From the NCBI RefSeq assembly GCF_004010195.1, contig NC_057719.1, forward strand, positions 8,906,221 through 8,970,220: 64,000 nucleotides of DNA, given 5' to 3'. Origin of the DNA: Chiloscyllium plagiosum. Its lineage: Eukaryota. The translations under genes were made by a program, and so were the position numbers. Under the pieces are notes generated by a model that saw only the letters and a program-made list of their open reading frames with translations, was not told the DNA's origin and searched no databases. Below are positions 1-13,094 of this stretch, in pieces (the first letter of the stretch is position 1; each line of letters starts with the position of its first letter).

Positions 1-679
1 AAGGGCCTGTTCTGTGCTGTATTGTTCTATGTTCTATGTTCTATAAGAAGAATGTTGTCTTAGATTCTTTATCCAACCGCCTTAAATCCATCGCCTCTGA
101 CTATCGATTTTCAGCGACTGGAAACAGTTCCTTTATATTTACTCAAACTAAATCCTTTGTGGTTTTGAACAATCAAATCTTTCCCCTGGCCTTCTCTGAT
201 TCAAGAAGACCACTCCACAGTGTGTCCAGTTTTCTCACATGACTGTCATCTCTCATCTGAGATTCAGGGAAAGGTTTCAGAGAACCAACAATGGTCAAAA
301 CCATTTGTGAGATTGGCAACTCTCCAGGAATTGACGATTAATCTCCCAGACAATAATCTATCTTCTGGAGAACTCTGGGCGAAATATCATATTGGAGCAT
401 TGACAAAACAGTGATATTTATCTTTCATTTTCCTCAACATGCTTGTTTATTTGATAATGGTAATATCAGAAATGGAAATAGCCAAAGATCCAACTAGAAA
501 TAACAATGGCAGCAGATACATGGGAACTCCACACTGTCTGCAAGCTCCACTCCAACACTCAACATTCTGACTTGGAAATACATCGTCGCAAATAGAAAAA
601 GAAGGAACACATTTAAAAAATACACTTCTGAAGATCACATGGTGACCCGTTTATCAGAAATCAGTTTGTGTTCCTAATT

Positions 680-980
680 CATCACGGGATGAGGGGGCAC
701 TGACTTGGCCTGACATTTATTACTCATCCCTATCAGTTACTAAGAGTCAACGACATTGCTGTGGGTCTGGAGTCACAGGTCAGCCAAACCAAAAGTTTTC
801 TTTCCAAAAGAATGTCAGTAAGCCAGATAGGTTGTTTCAACAATTGATTCATGATCAGCTTAATGCCAGACTTTTTTTAAAAATTGAATTCAAATTCTAC
901 CAATTGCTGTAGCAGGATTTGAATCCAGGTCCCCAGAGTCAACAGTCAAGTGATAACACCACTAAGCCATCACCTCCCAT
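680..980 (-). mobile_element. tRNA-headed SINE (family with central aagagtcaaccacattgctgtgggtctggagtcac motif), decayed
   Basis: The same core recurs at about 5890-6230, 9575-9860, 24020-24365, 29110-29480 and 33680-34340. B-box-like ggattcaaatcc lies near the 5' end on the minus strand. Confidence 0.6.
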
Positions 981-1029
981 TCCAGTAAAATGAGCTGGAA
1001 CCAAAACAATTTTGGAAAGAAACTAAATA

Positions 1030-1205
1030 AAACCTGAAAGAACTCTATACACTGTAAATCAGAAATGAAAACAGAAGTTGCTGGAAATACACAGCAGGTC
1101 TGGCAGCATCTGTGAAGAGAAATCAGAGTAAACGTTTTGGATCAGGTGACTGGATAGGTGCTGCCAGGCCTGCTGAGCTTTTCCAGCAATTTCTGTTTTT
1201 GTGTT
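1030..1205. mobile_element. Penelope-derived pLTR-like non-autonomous repeat, partly palindromic
   Basis: gctggaaatacacagcaggtctggcagcatctgtg...gctgccaggcctgctgagcttttccagc forms inverted arms. Same family as 3245-3440, 10950-11050, 48385-48575 and 58268-58425. Confidence 0.65.
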
Positions 1206-1384
1206 GGACAGAAGCTGTTGTACACAGACTGTCCCTTTTGAGCTACCAAGTTTTAAGATGTGGAACTTGGTAATGACATTTCCAAAGCTGTAGGCATAAG
1301 GTGGATGTGGGGTTGTCAACTGTGGTAGGAGGTTCCTCGAGGTTCACATGTGACCTAACTGGCCCATTGGGCAATCTTTAAAAT

Positions 1385-1750
1385 CATTATTTCATGGGAA
1401 GTGGGTGTCACTGGCTGGCTCAGCATTCATTGCCCATCCCTACTTGCCTTTGAAATGGCAGCGATGAGTCAATTTCTTGAACTGCTACAGTCCAAGTGGT
1501 GTTGGAGTGCCACAGTGCTGCTAGGGAGGGAAATCCAGGATTTCGACCCAGCAACACTCAAGGAACAGTGGTGATCCATCTCCAAATCGGGATGCTGAGT
1601 GAGCATTTTCAGATGGTGGATGTCCCATTCTTCTGCTGTCCTTCTGGACTGTAGAGGTTACAGGTTTGGAAGGAGCTGCCTATGGAACCCGAGTCTATTG
1701 CTGCTCTGCATCTTGTAAACACACTGCTGATACTGTGCATGGGTGATCAA
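1385..1750 (-). mobile_element. 3' fragment of a second CR1-group LINE family
   Basis: Aligns by eye with the 3' UTR of copies at 22650-23135 and 56530-57330. Confidence 0.6.
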
Positions 1751-2425
1751 TGGAACCCAGCTTTGTGAAAGAGAAAAGACTTCATATTTTGAAGAACAAG
1801 AAGCAAACTCAGCCAAAAAAGGTTAAAAAAAACACTATTATTGATAGCACTGACTGCGTGGCAGGTAAGATGTCAAACCTTCCAACACTGTATGCCTCCC
1901 GGGAGGCATATTTATCAGATTTAATGAGCTGTTGGAGATGCCACATTGTAACATTAGCCTCCCTGTAGTGTACTGATTAGAACAAAAAGCTTATTTTACT
2001 ATTTTGCCTCCACATATGGCAAGCTTTTAGGATCCAGGATGTAGGAGCAGTAACTGAATACGTGTAGTTTGTGGAACTGGCAGGTATTTATAGGGTAACA
2101 TTCAATTTGGTTCTCTACGTTCGCACAGCCAATGAGAAAAATGGTGAGATTCTTGCTGTGACTGGGGAAAACTCGTAAAGTCTCCCAGAGACTTTACTCA
2201 GCCTCAGCTTGTACTGCACCATATCCTCTCCCTGAATCATCTCAGCATTGTTCGGTATTGACTATTACATTTTCAATGAAACACACTGGGAGAGTTGGCC
2301 ACTCAGCTCCAGAATTCAACCTGCCATTAAATGAGACAATGGTTGATCAGAGTCATAAATGCTGCAATGGCTCCATAGTCCTTAACACTGTTAAAAAAAT
2401 CATTGCTGTCAGATTTGCAATGACT

Positions 2426-2745
2426 CACAGAGAGAGAGAGAGAGAGAATGAGAAGCAGAGAGATGCAGAGAGATGCAAAGAGAGAGAGAGAAAGGCAGAG
2501 AGAAAGAGTGAAAGAGAGACAGACAGAGAAATGCAGCAGGAGAGAAGGGCAGCAAGATGCAGAAAGAGAGAGGGAGAGAGAAAGAGAAGCAGAGAGGTGT
2601 AGACAGAGAGAGAGGCAGAAAGAGAGAGAGAGTGAGAAAGTGGCAGAGAAATGCTGAGAGATGCGGAGAGAGAGAAAGGCAGAGAAAGAAAAGCAGAGAG
2701 AGAGACAGGGAGACAGCGAGAGAGAGAGAGAGGCAGAGAGAGAGC
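2426..2745. repeat. (AG)n/AGAGAC-rich degenerate microsatellite
   Basis: Purine-rich simple repeat; it explains the ER-rich and SL-rich ORFs. Confidence 0.95.
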
Positions 2746-2909
2746 GACAAAGTACGATTGTCCTACCACAGATTGTTTGAAGAGATGTTTCCTAAATGAC
2801 CTGATTTTAAGATTGGGTCCTCTTGTATTACATGTCTCAAATTTGCAGTAGAAGTTTATGTCTCTCTTCAAAATCCTAAAATTTCACAGACATGTCACAC
2901 TAGAATCAG

Positions 2910-3137
2910 AGGATGAGATCTCAAGCTGAGGCCCCATCAGTCTGGTCAGTTTGGATGTGAACAATCCCAAAGGAACTCTTTCGAATAAGAGCAAAGAAGG
3001 TCTCCAGTATCCCAGCCAATAGATCTCTCTCAATCAGCAGCACAATAAAACTGATGACCCACTCATGATGGGAACGCTGTTGCTTGCTGCGTGTAAACTA
3101 ATTGCCACCTTTTCTACATTACAACAGTGGCTACACT
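2910..3137 (+). mobile_element. Deu-domain SINE remnant (SacSINE1/AmnSINE1-like)
   Basis: gatgagat...gaggcccc...ggatgtgaacaatccc...gaataagagca...ttctacattacaacagtggctacact matches my recollection of the Deu core. Related minus-strand copies lie at about 4820-5085 and 34495-34880. Confidence 0.6.
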
Positions 3138-3622
3138 GGTGTAGGGGTTGGTGGAGAAGTTCTTAATTAGGAATAAAATGCTTTGCGACTTCGTGGATTG
3201 TGAAAAGCATAAAAGCAAGAGTTTCATCATCCCCTATAATAAAAACAAAGAATTGCAGACCCTGGAGATCAGAAACAAACAAACTTAGAAATTGCTGGAG
3301 AAACTCTGAGAGCATCTCTGGACAGAGAAACAGAGTGAAAATGTTAGGTCCAGTGACCCTTCTTCTGTTCTGAACAAGGGGGTCACTGGGCTCAAACTGC
3401 ACTCTCGGAGTTTTTCCAGAAATGTCTGTTTCTATTTCTTGTGTTTTCCCATTCGATCACAGAGCCAGCCCAGTGCGCTGCTTCAGATCATGTTCTCAAT
3501 AACCCAGCTCAAGACTAACCAGCTCCCACTCTCCAAATTCATGCTGTCATTTATCTAATGGTTCAGAATCAATTCATTGCTGTATGGATTTAAATTAAAA
3601 TTGCGCCAATCTCTTTCCTCCT

Positions 3623-3950
3623 CGATACACACACGCATATACATATATACATACACAGACATACACATAGATGCATACAGATACAAATACACTTAAACAG
3701 GTGCAGACACTGACACACACACAGACAGAAACAGATAGAAGCACACACAGACGCACACGCTGACACACACACAGAAACACACAGATACAAATGTACACAC
3801 ACAGATCCACACAGATAGAAATAGGCAGAAGCACACACATACACAGATACACACAGATGCACACACTAACACACACACAGACAAATACACAGGCATGCAC
3901 ACATACACATATACACATACATAAACACACACAAGCAAACACACATACAA
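3623..3950. repeat. (CA)n/CAGATA-rich degenerate microsatellite
   Basis: Simple repeat; source of the CV-rich ORFs. Confidence 0.95.
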
Positions 3951-6461
3951 GCGATGGAAATTTTTCGAACTTATTCTCCAATTTGGGGAGCGAGACTAAA
4001 TGATTCGGTGCAGTGATGGCATTCCCTCTCTCACTCACTGTTCTCTGACAGACAATGTTCAGTTTATAGATAAGAACAGGATTAAGCTATGTTATCACCA
4101 AGAACAGACTCAGCAACCTGCCCTGCTGAGTTGTGGTTTGCAAGAGAAGATTTGCAACGTGGTTTGGGCTGAGGCCCAATTCTCTTCATAAGAACAAACA
4201 CAGAAACTAGGGAGCAGGAGCACAGGCCATTTGGCCCCTTTGTTCTTTGATTTTCATTCTTTAGTTTTTCTGTCAGTAGCATGTCGCTCCCCTTTCCCAG
4301 GAAATCCGTCCTACCACCAGGTTTTTCCCTCATTTCAAAGCCTGCATTGAATACATTCCTGAACATTGAAAGCCCATCTCTCTCACAGCCTCGGAGAACT
4401 GTTACCATATCAACAAGATTACCCCAGCAAATCCAGAAATCACAGGGCACCACTGTCAGCAACGCCAGGACAAACACAGATAAAAATGGTGTGGGGAGGA
4501 GAAAGAAAATACTTGTTTTCTTCAGTTTCAGCAGAAGGCCACACTGACTGGCACTCCACGGTTTCTGCCAGCCAGCCAATCCTCTATCCATACTGGTGGT
4601 AGCTTGCCCCTGCCACCATGGGCTCTTACCTTTTTTGGTAGCCTCCTGCGAGGCATTTTGTCAAAGACCTTCTGGAAATACACGTGACTCCAGACCCACA
4701 GCAACTTGACTTTCTCAGAAATGGCTCAAGGGCACAACTAGGGATTGGGCAACAAATTCGGGCCTTGCCAGCAACGCCCAGAACCCATGAAAGAATCAAT
4801 AAAAATCACCTCAGGATGATACAAAGCCAACTTTACTACTCGCACAGAACTATCACTGCTGTTCAGCAGCAGCCAATTTCCACAAATCTCAGAAACAGCA
4901 ATTGGATCAAGGCCAGATCACCGTCTTAGGTGCTGATTGATGGATCTGAAATCTTTTGCTCCCATCCCGGCATCCAGGGAGGAAGGAAGTCTAATGTCCA
5001 TCTTTAAGACAGCACCTTTGACTGAATGTGGGGTTTAAATCCATAAGCTCTGACTCAGAGGTGGGAGAGCTGTCAACCCAACCACTGCCAACTCGAGGAT
5101 GATGGTCTTTGGCACTGGGGCAGAAGACCGGGCCTAGGGATCCAAAGTCTCAAGTGGTTTGGTGACTTCGGGAGATCATGAGAAAAAAAGGAGTGAAAAA
5201 TATGCATCTCTACATCATGTGGTATTTTCAGACAGGATGCTTGTACACTTTCAACAAGCAAAATGCTTTATAGGCAGCATCACGCCGTGAGATTTTACAT
5301 TCTACAAATGTCAACAATCCTAAAGCTGCAGGGATCCCTGTATCTTAAAAGAGGGAAATATAACTTATTCGGATGCAAGGAAAATGAAATGGCAAAGCTG
5401 ATAAGGCAACAGGTCACTGGTATCCTGTGGCTTACTGTCTGAATCCATAATGCCATCCTCATGTTTCCATCATCCACCATGGTGTTGTGAGCTGTGATAA
5501 CATCACATTCAATAATGTAACATAAAATGTGGTACAAACAGGAGAGAAAAAAAAAACAAGTGAAAAAAACTTGAAGAATGAAAAGTAAAACCACGCAGAC
5601 TGCTGGAACAAGAAGATCAGTGAACTTCAAGTGCAACTGCATAAATACTGCAGTTCAATCCTGTTTCCAAGATCTCAAGTTATTTCTTTTCGTGCTGCTC
5701 CACCTTCTAGTGAGGTTCAGGCCAAATTTGCTGCAATTTTGACAGAAAATACTAAGCAGCCACTCTCCAAAACCAGAGATCACTTTTGTCATGAACAATA
5801 TATCCCCATTCAACCTCTCTAACATCATGAAACATCGTGAAGTGCTTTTTAAAAAAAACGTTTTTCTCAGAAAGCTTTTTTAAAAGAAACTCGTTCATTG
5901 AGATGTGACTGGCTCAGCCCATTTACTGCCCATCGCTAATTGCTCAACTTAGCATCAATCTCACTCCTGTCAGACTGGAGTCACATGTAGGCCAAGACTG
6001 ATTAAAGGTAGCAGACTTCCTTCCCTTAACGACATTAGTGATCCAATGTGCCTCTATGACAATCGAGTGGTTACATGTCCATGGTGAAGTCCATACTTTT
6101 AATGTCTATTTATTTTTTTAAAAATGGAATTCAGCTTTCGCCATCTATTGTGGTGGGATTTGAAACTATGTCCCCCAAACATTAGCCTGAGACTCTAAAG
6201 TACTCATCCAGTAACATGGACACATCACCCACCCTTCCTCCACAGGGACTTTGTCAAAGAACATTTGGCACCAAGACACACAGGGAGTAGCCAGGACACA
6301 TTAACTATTCTCACTACAAAGGGGAGTCATAGCAGATTCAAAACATTGACTACTGTTTCTCTCTCCACAGATGTTATCAGATCTGTCGCGTTACTCCAGC
6401 AGTTTTTATTGCATGTAACCAGACACATGATTAAAGGGTTAGATTATAAGCAGGGGACATG

Positions 6462-6570
6462 AGGGCACCTGTGGTGCAGTGGTAGTGTCCCTACCTCTGA
6501 GGTAGGAGGCCTGGGTTCAAGCCCCACCTGCTCCAGTGGTGTCCCATAACAACCCAGAACAGGTTACCTA
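6462..6570 (+). mobile_element. tRNA-derived SINE head
   Basis: A-box-like tggtgcagtgg and B-box-like ggttcaagccc. Related copies at about 10580-10665 (-) and 43180-43240 (+). Confidence 0.55.
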
Positions 6571-6829
6571 TAAAGCAGTGTCTCAAATTTGGAGGGGCAG
6601 AGAGAGAGAGAAGTAATTTCAGGTTTTAGAGCCTGAACAGCTGAAGGAGCAACCATCAACAGTGTGACTGGGGAATGCTCAAGCAGCCAGGCTTGGAGGA
6701 GGCAGAAATCTCAGAGCAATGTAAGGCCAGAGCAGGTTATATAGCAATGGAGGACCAAGGGTATAGATAGATTCAAATAGGTGGTTCAGATTTTACAATG
6801 GCAGGCGCGGATTGACGAGGAGTTTAGAT

Positions 6830-7170
6830 CAGAGTGATGCTGGAAAAGCACAGCAGCATCCGAGGAGCAGGAAAATCGACGATTCGGGTAAAAGCCCTTC
6901 ATCGGGAATTGAGCTTTTTTTTTGAAGGAGGTAGAATCAGGCGATGCGGGGTTCCCAGATTACGAGGTTGGAAGCTGTGGGTGGGAGATCTCCTGAGGTG
7001 ATGAGGTTCTGTATGGTCTGGGAGATGATGGCTTGGTGATGGGGAGTGGGGTCAAGGTCGAGGGGGCGGTAGGAGGAGGTATCTTCGAGTTGGCACCTGG
7101 CTTCAGCGGTGTAGAGGTCAGTGCGCCAAACCACCACTGCACCCCCTTTATCTGCTGGTTTGATGGTGAT
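6830..7170 (-). mobile_element. Penelope-like element fragment: RT N-terminal region followed by pLTR with a degenerate hammerhead
   Basis: Minus strand reads ITIKPADKGGAVVVWRTDLYTAEARCQLEDTSSY..., containing the ADKG motif typical of PLE ORFs. The pLTR repeat at 6830-6910 has the same orientation. Confidence 0.85.
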
Positions 7171-8139
7171 TGACCAGGAGCCCAGATGTGTCAGTTAGTA
7201 GATGGGATGATGGATGAACGAGACTTGGAGCAAGTTATTTTACTGGTATGAATTTTTAACGAGGGCCAGTTTACGGAGGTTATGAAGTGGGACATCGGAC
7301 CGGAGAGGTCAGTCCCTCATATCGAATCAGTGGATAGAGATTGTGATGGCCCAGGCAATGCAACACAATCCTGAGAGAATTCCCAACCAACAGGCTGGAT
7401 CTAACTTAAAGCCCGAAAGAAATGCATCAAGAGATGGGAGAAGTCGAGCACAGAATGGTGGCCCATCCAGACTCTGCTGTTGATGTTTTTCTCCACCAGT
7501 CCGATACCCATCAACTGGGTGTTTCTCTCTGAAAGTGACAATTTAAATGATTCACTTCACCGATGATTAGTGCTGTAATTTGCCACTTTATGACCATCCT
7601 CAACAAGGACACAGTAATTGACTTTATCCCTTTCAGGCTGAGCAATGTTCTTCACCTTCAAACAACCTCATAGTCATATTTGCAAAAATTCTTTGGTGGG
7701 CGTCTCTGGCTGGGATTCCTTGCCCATTGCTAACTGGCCATGAGCAGGTGGTGGCAATGGTTGAAACCTCTTGAACCCACAGCAGTCTGCCTGGTGGAGG
7801 TAGAGCCAGTGTGTTAATTAGGAGGGAAATGGTTGCATGGAGGCTCAGAATCTTATTACGTTTCATTTGCACAAGGTAGAATAATGGGAGAAAATTCCAT
7901 CCTCAGGATGCCAATTTTTAAATTTTGGTTTAAGGATCCACAAACTAAATTGCAAAACTGTGTCAAGTCCTGATGTTGTGTGCAAGCGTCTGATATGAAA
8001 ACATTCTCACTGTTTTATTTTCCTTCAATCAAATAGTGTACTATCTCCCTAGGAGAGGAATGTCAGAAATACCAGCAATAGTTTGATTCCAGCAAGCTCA
8101 TGAATATTGCAACTGTATCAATCTTTTCCTGATATCACT

Positions 8140-8260
8140 CCCTCACTCACAGACACACACACTCACACCCACAGACACACTCACAGACACACACACAGAC
8201 ACATACAGACACACACACAGACATACACACACAGACACAGACACACAGACACCCACATAT
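8140..8260. repeat. (CA)n/CAGA microsatellite
   Basis: Simple repeat. Confidence 0.9.
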
Positions 8261-9009
8261 GCTGGCAGAGATTACTATCTGCATAGAACCGCAAGTAGAA
8301 ACAGAATCTCAGGAAGTGTAGCGCAGTGAGCTAATGACAAACAACAGAAGGAGGCTTGATACTTAGTAAATTACAGCCTGTAGGATGGTAATTGAAAGCA
8401 AAGGCAAGAGAAAGGTTGCTCGTAGATTGTTTGGGTCAGTGGTGGCCTGGCAATCAACAGTGCGCTTAATAGCTTTGTACCTTGTCATTTTCATTGTCAA
8501 CCATCACCCACAGCAAAGAAAAAACCTTGTCTCCCCTGCTGTGCTTTTCTCTCCCTTGTGCTGCACTGGACTGTCAAAACTGGGGACATTGGTGGCTTGA
8601 GGTCTTCAGTAGCTGAAGTGGGATATGTGTAGGATGAACTAAACAACAGATTTTAAACCTCTTTTAGCAGAGACAGGTCAACCAGGTCTTGTTCCCAGTT
8701 GGGAAGCTGATGGGATTGGGTGCATCGTTGCTTTTACACATCAACCCATTTTACTCTCAGTTAAAGGCCACAGTTAACATTGGATGTTTATTCCATACTT
8801 AATCAACAATCAGGTAAGTATACATAAAGCTTCAATAAAATCATTTTTAAAGGAATAATGCCTTTGGGGTTTATGCCTGTGTTAATTGGAGTTGCTTTTC
8901 AATATTTTGACACAATTAATTCTCTTTGGTAATGGTTAGTTGTAGAATACTTTCTGTAAGGAAGAATAACTATACAAGCCAGTTCAAAGCTAAGGTTATG
9001 GACTGAAAG

Positions 9010-9425
9010 GTTATAGAGAATGGAAACAGACCATTCAGTCCAACTTGTCCATGCTGATGAAACATCCCTATCTGATCTAGTCCCATTTACCAGCACTTGG
9101 CCCATATTCCTCTCAACTCTTCCTATTCATATACTCATCCTTTTAAATGTTGTAATTGTACCAGGCTCCACCATTTCTTCTGGCAGCTCATTCCATACAT
9201 GCACCACCCTCAGGTGCCTTCACCTGAAACCTATGCCTTCGAGTTTTGGACTCCCCCACTCCAGGGAAAAGCCCTTGGATATTTACCCAATCCATACCCC
9301 TCATAATTTTATAAACCTCTATAAGGTCACCCCTCAGCCTCCGATGCTCCAGGGAAAAAAACCCCAGTCTATTCAGCCTAACCCTATTCCTCAAACCCAC
9401 CAGACCCGGTAACATCCTTGCAATG
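9010..9425 (-). mobile_element. CR1 (HER1-type) LINE 3' fragment
   Basis: MLPGL..RLNRLGFFSLEHRRLRGDLIEVYKIMRG is the CR1 ORF2 C-terminus, followed by 3' UTR. Confidence 0.9.
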
Positions 9426-9989
9426 GTTTTATGACTGTGTTTCTGGCTCAGGCTAATATAAACTTAGGCTGACAAATGTGAAAATACTTGAAGTAAAAAG
9501 CCACAAGGAGACAACTATTTTTAAAAATGATTTAGATTTGCATGTAACTAGGTTGTGTATATTTGTTCTTTGTTAATTCATGGGATGTGGGGGCTACTGA
9601 CAAGGTCAGCATTTATTGGTAATCCCTAATTGACCAGCGAGCATTTATCGGTCAACCACATTGCTGTGGGCCTGAGGTCGCATGGAGGCCAGCCCAGGTA
9701 AGGATGGCAATTTCCTTCACATGAGTGAACCAGGTGGGCTCTGACAGCATAAATTTCATGGTCTTCATTAGACTCAGTACAAGAACTTTATTGAATTCAA
9801 ATTCCATCATCTGGCAGAATGGGACTTGAACCCATGATTCCAGAACATTTCCTGGAGTAGAGAACTTCAAAGAAGATGAGGGCAGGTGAAGGGAAAGTGT
9901 GAGCAGGGGTGGCACAGGAGCAAGTCAAGCGAGATCTTTTTTTGGACACTAATTCGTTCTTACAGCAAGTCAATGCACAAAGAAGAGCA

Positions 9990-12240
9990 GCTCTCACATC
10001 TCCTTTAAACTTACTCCCTTTTACCTTAAACCTATGTCCCTTGACATTTCTATCCTGGGGAAAGGTCTCTGCCTCTCCATTTTATCTGTGCCTCTCAGAA
10101 TAGTTGTAAACGTCTATCAGGCTGCCCTGACTCTTTCAAGTGAAAACAAGCCACAATCTTGCTTCATAGCTAATACCCTCCAAACCAGGCAACATCCTGT
10201 TAAATCAATTCTATAATCTCTTCAAAGCCTCCACATTCTTCTGGTCACACGATGACCAGAACTGTGCACAATATTCCAAATGTGGCCGAACCCAAGTTCT
10301 GCACAACAGCACCATCATTTGCCAATGTTTATACTCAATGCCCCAGCCGATGAAGGCAAGCATACCATATGTCTTCTTCACCATCTTATCCACTTGTGGT
10401 GCTGTTTTCAGGCAACTGTGGACTTGTACACTCAGATTCCTCCATATGTTGATGCCAGTAAGGGTTCTGCCATTTGCTGTACACTTCTCTCCTGCATTAG
10501 ACCTTCCCAAAATGGATCACCTCGTATTTCTCTGCCATTTCTCTGCCCAACACTCCAGCCTATTTTTTGAATCAACCTGTTCAGAGCTGGTATTACACAC
10601 CTCTGGAGCAGGTGGATCTTGAACCTGGGCCTCCTGACCCAGGGGTAGGGACACTACCCAGTGCAACACAAGACACATAGTTCCAATGACCTGCTGTATC
10701 CTCTGGCAATCCTCCTCACTATTCGCAACTCCCCCAATTTTTGTGTTGTCCGCAAACTTACTAATCAGACCACCTACATTCTCCTCCAGATCATTTATAT
10801 ATTCTATAAAGAATGGGGTCCCAGCACTGTTCCCTGTGGGATACCACTGGTCACAAATCTCCAGTCAGAAAAATAATTTCACTGCTACTCTTTGTCTTCT
10901 ATGACCAAGTCAGTTCTCTATCCATCTTACCAGCTCACCACAGACCCCATTACAGTTCTGAGGAAGGGTCACTCGACCCACAACGTTAACTCTGATTTCT
11001 CTCCACAGATGCTGCCAGATCTGCTGAGCTTTCCCAGTGATTTTTGCTCCCATGTGACTTCACCATTTCTACCAGCCTACCATGAGGGTTCTTGTCAAAG
11101 GCCTTGCTAAAGTCCATGTAGACAACATCCACCACTCTGCCCTTAATCATCTTTGTCACTTCCTCAAAAAACTCAATCAGTTTGTGACACACAATCTCCC
11201 CTACACAATGCCATGCTGCCCATACTTTTTCAAATGTGACTAAATCTTGCCCCTGAGAATTTTCTCCAATAATTTTCCTGTGACTGATGTAAGGCTCACT
11301 GGCCTCCAATTGCCTGGATTATCCTTGCTGCTCTTCTTAAGCGAAGAAGCAACATTGGCAAATCTCCAATCCTCTAGGGCCTCTCCTGTGACTAAAGAGG
11401 ATACAATGATTTCACACAACGTCCCACCAATTTCCTGACCCGCCTCCCTCAGCATTCTGGGATAGATTCCATCAGGTCCTGGGGACTTGTCTACCTTCAT
11501 GCTTTTCAGAACACCCAACACCTCCTCCTTTTCTTCATTGACATGTTCCAAAATATCAACATACCCTTCCTATGACTCACCATCCATTATGCCATTCTCC
11601 AAAACAAGGTTTTGTTACAGACCTCACCCACTTCCTCTGGGTCCCTGCAAAAATCCCCTCTTTGCCTCTGACTGGATCGACCCTTTCCTTAGCTACCATC
11701 TTGCTCCTTATGCATGTATAAAAAAACCTTGGGATTTTCCTTAATGCTATATACCAAAGACATTTCATGGCTCCATTTCGCTCCCCTAATACCTTGCTTG
11801 AGTTATTTCCTAACATTTTCCTACCTTCAAGGGCTCTGTCCGTCTTCAGCTTCCTAAACCCTTGTATGTCTCCTCTTTCTTCTTGACGAAGCTCATAGTT
11901 TCTCTTGTCATCCAAGGTTCCTGAATCTTGCCATCTTTATCCTTCATTTTCACAGGAAGATCCTGGCCCTGAACTCTAATGAATTGGCCTTTTAAAGATC
12001 CCCATTTGCCAGATGTGGATTTACCCAAAACAACCAACCCCGAATCTACATTCCCCAGTTCCTGCCAAATATTGTCACAGTTAGCCTCTCCCCAGTTTAG
12101 TACATTCACCCGACTTATCCACTCTTATCTATAAGTGACCTAAAACTTAGGAAATTATGGCCACTGTTCCTGAAATGCTTCCCCATTGAAATTTCAATCT
12201 CCTGGCCAGGATCATTTCCCAGTATCAGATTTAATGTGAC
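9990..12240 (-). mobile_element. Decayed CR1 LINE ORF2 (linker, RT, C-terminus) interrupted by smaller insertions
   Basis: Frameshifted motifs KSPGPDGIYPRML, DNPGNWRPVSLTSV, VDVVYMDFSKAFDK and VRPHLEYCAQFWS. Confidence 0.9.
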
Positions 12241-12242
12241 TC

Positions 12243-12815
12243 TTTTTTTTGTGAGACACAGTGAGAGACACAAGGTGCACAAATCTTTATTCAATTTCCA
12301 CCACCAGGAAGAAAGGAAACACCCAAGTGGCCAGTGACAAGCAGTGCCCTTCACATCAAAGGGCAGTGCTGTGTGATCAAACAGTGAAGGGGAGGGCAGG
12401 GGTTAAATCAAAATAGAGTTGGAGGGGGAAATAAAACACTCCACTCCCTGCGGTGCCCACGTCTCCCTGAACAGCTCGAGGGAGTTGGTGGACACCGCGT
12501 GCTCCTTCTCCAGGGACACCCAGGCTTGGACGTAACCGCGGAACAGGGACAGGCAATCGGCCCTAACGACCCCCTCCATAGCCCGCTGCCTTGTTTATGG
12601 CCAATTTGACCAGGCCCAGGAGCAGACCCATGAGGAGATCCTCGGGCCTACCCTCCCCCCTCCAAACCGGGTGCCCAAAGATCATGAGAGTGAGACTGAA
12701 GTGCAGCCAAAAACAGAGGAGAAGGTTCTCTAGAAAACTAAAAAGGGAGTGCAAACGCTCACATCCCATATACACATGGTCCACGGACTCCACTGCATCA
12801 CAGAACAAGCAGTTA
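12243..12815 (-). mobile_element. L1/Tx1-clade retrotransposon 3' fragment (ORF2 zinc-knuckle C-terminus, 3' UTR, poly-A)
   Basis: CLFCDAVESVDHVYMGC...IFGH...LLLGLVKLAI. AATAAA on the minus strand near 12290 and an A-tail at 12244-12250. GC/CpG-rich relative to its flanks. Confidence 0.8.
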
Positions 12816-12874
12816 GTGAGACTCCTTACCTAGATGGACTACATGTAATTGAATGCAACAAAAGTTCCATCCAC

Positions 12875-13090
12875 AAGGTGTTAGGTTCTTTACTCAGAGA
12901 GTAGTAAGGGTGTGGAATGCCCTTCCTGCAACAGTAGTGGTGTCGCCAACATTAAGGGCATATAAATGGTCATTGGATAAATATATGGATGAAAATGGAA
13001 AAGTGTGGGTTAGATGGGATTCAGATTGGTTTCACAGGTCAGTGCACCATCGAGGGCCGAAGGGCCTGTGTGTGCTATACTGTTCTAACT
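12875..13090 (+). mobile_element. CR1 LINE extreme 3' end
   Basis: FFTQRVVRVWNALP motif and tail gagggccgaagggcctgt...tgttcta. Confidence 0.9.
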
Positions 13091-13094
13091 ATTG

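Noticed and set aside
2258..4038. Long ER-, SL- and CV-rich ORFs
   Set aside because: Translations of AG and CA microsatellites.
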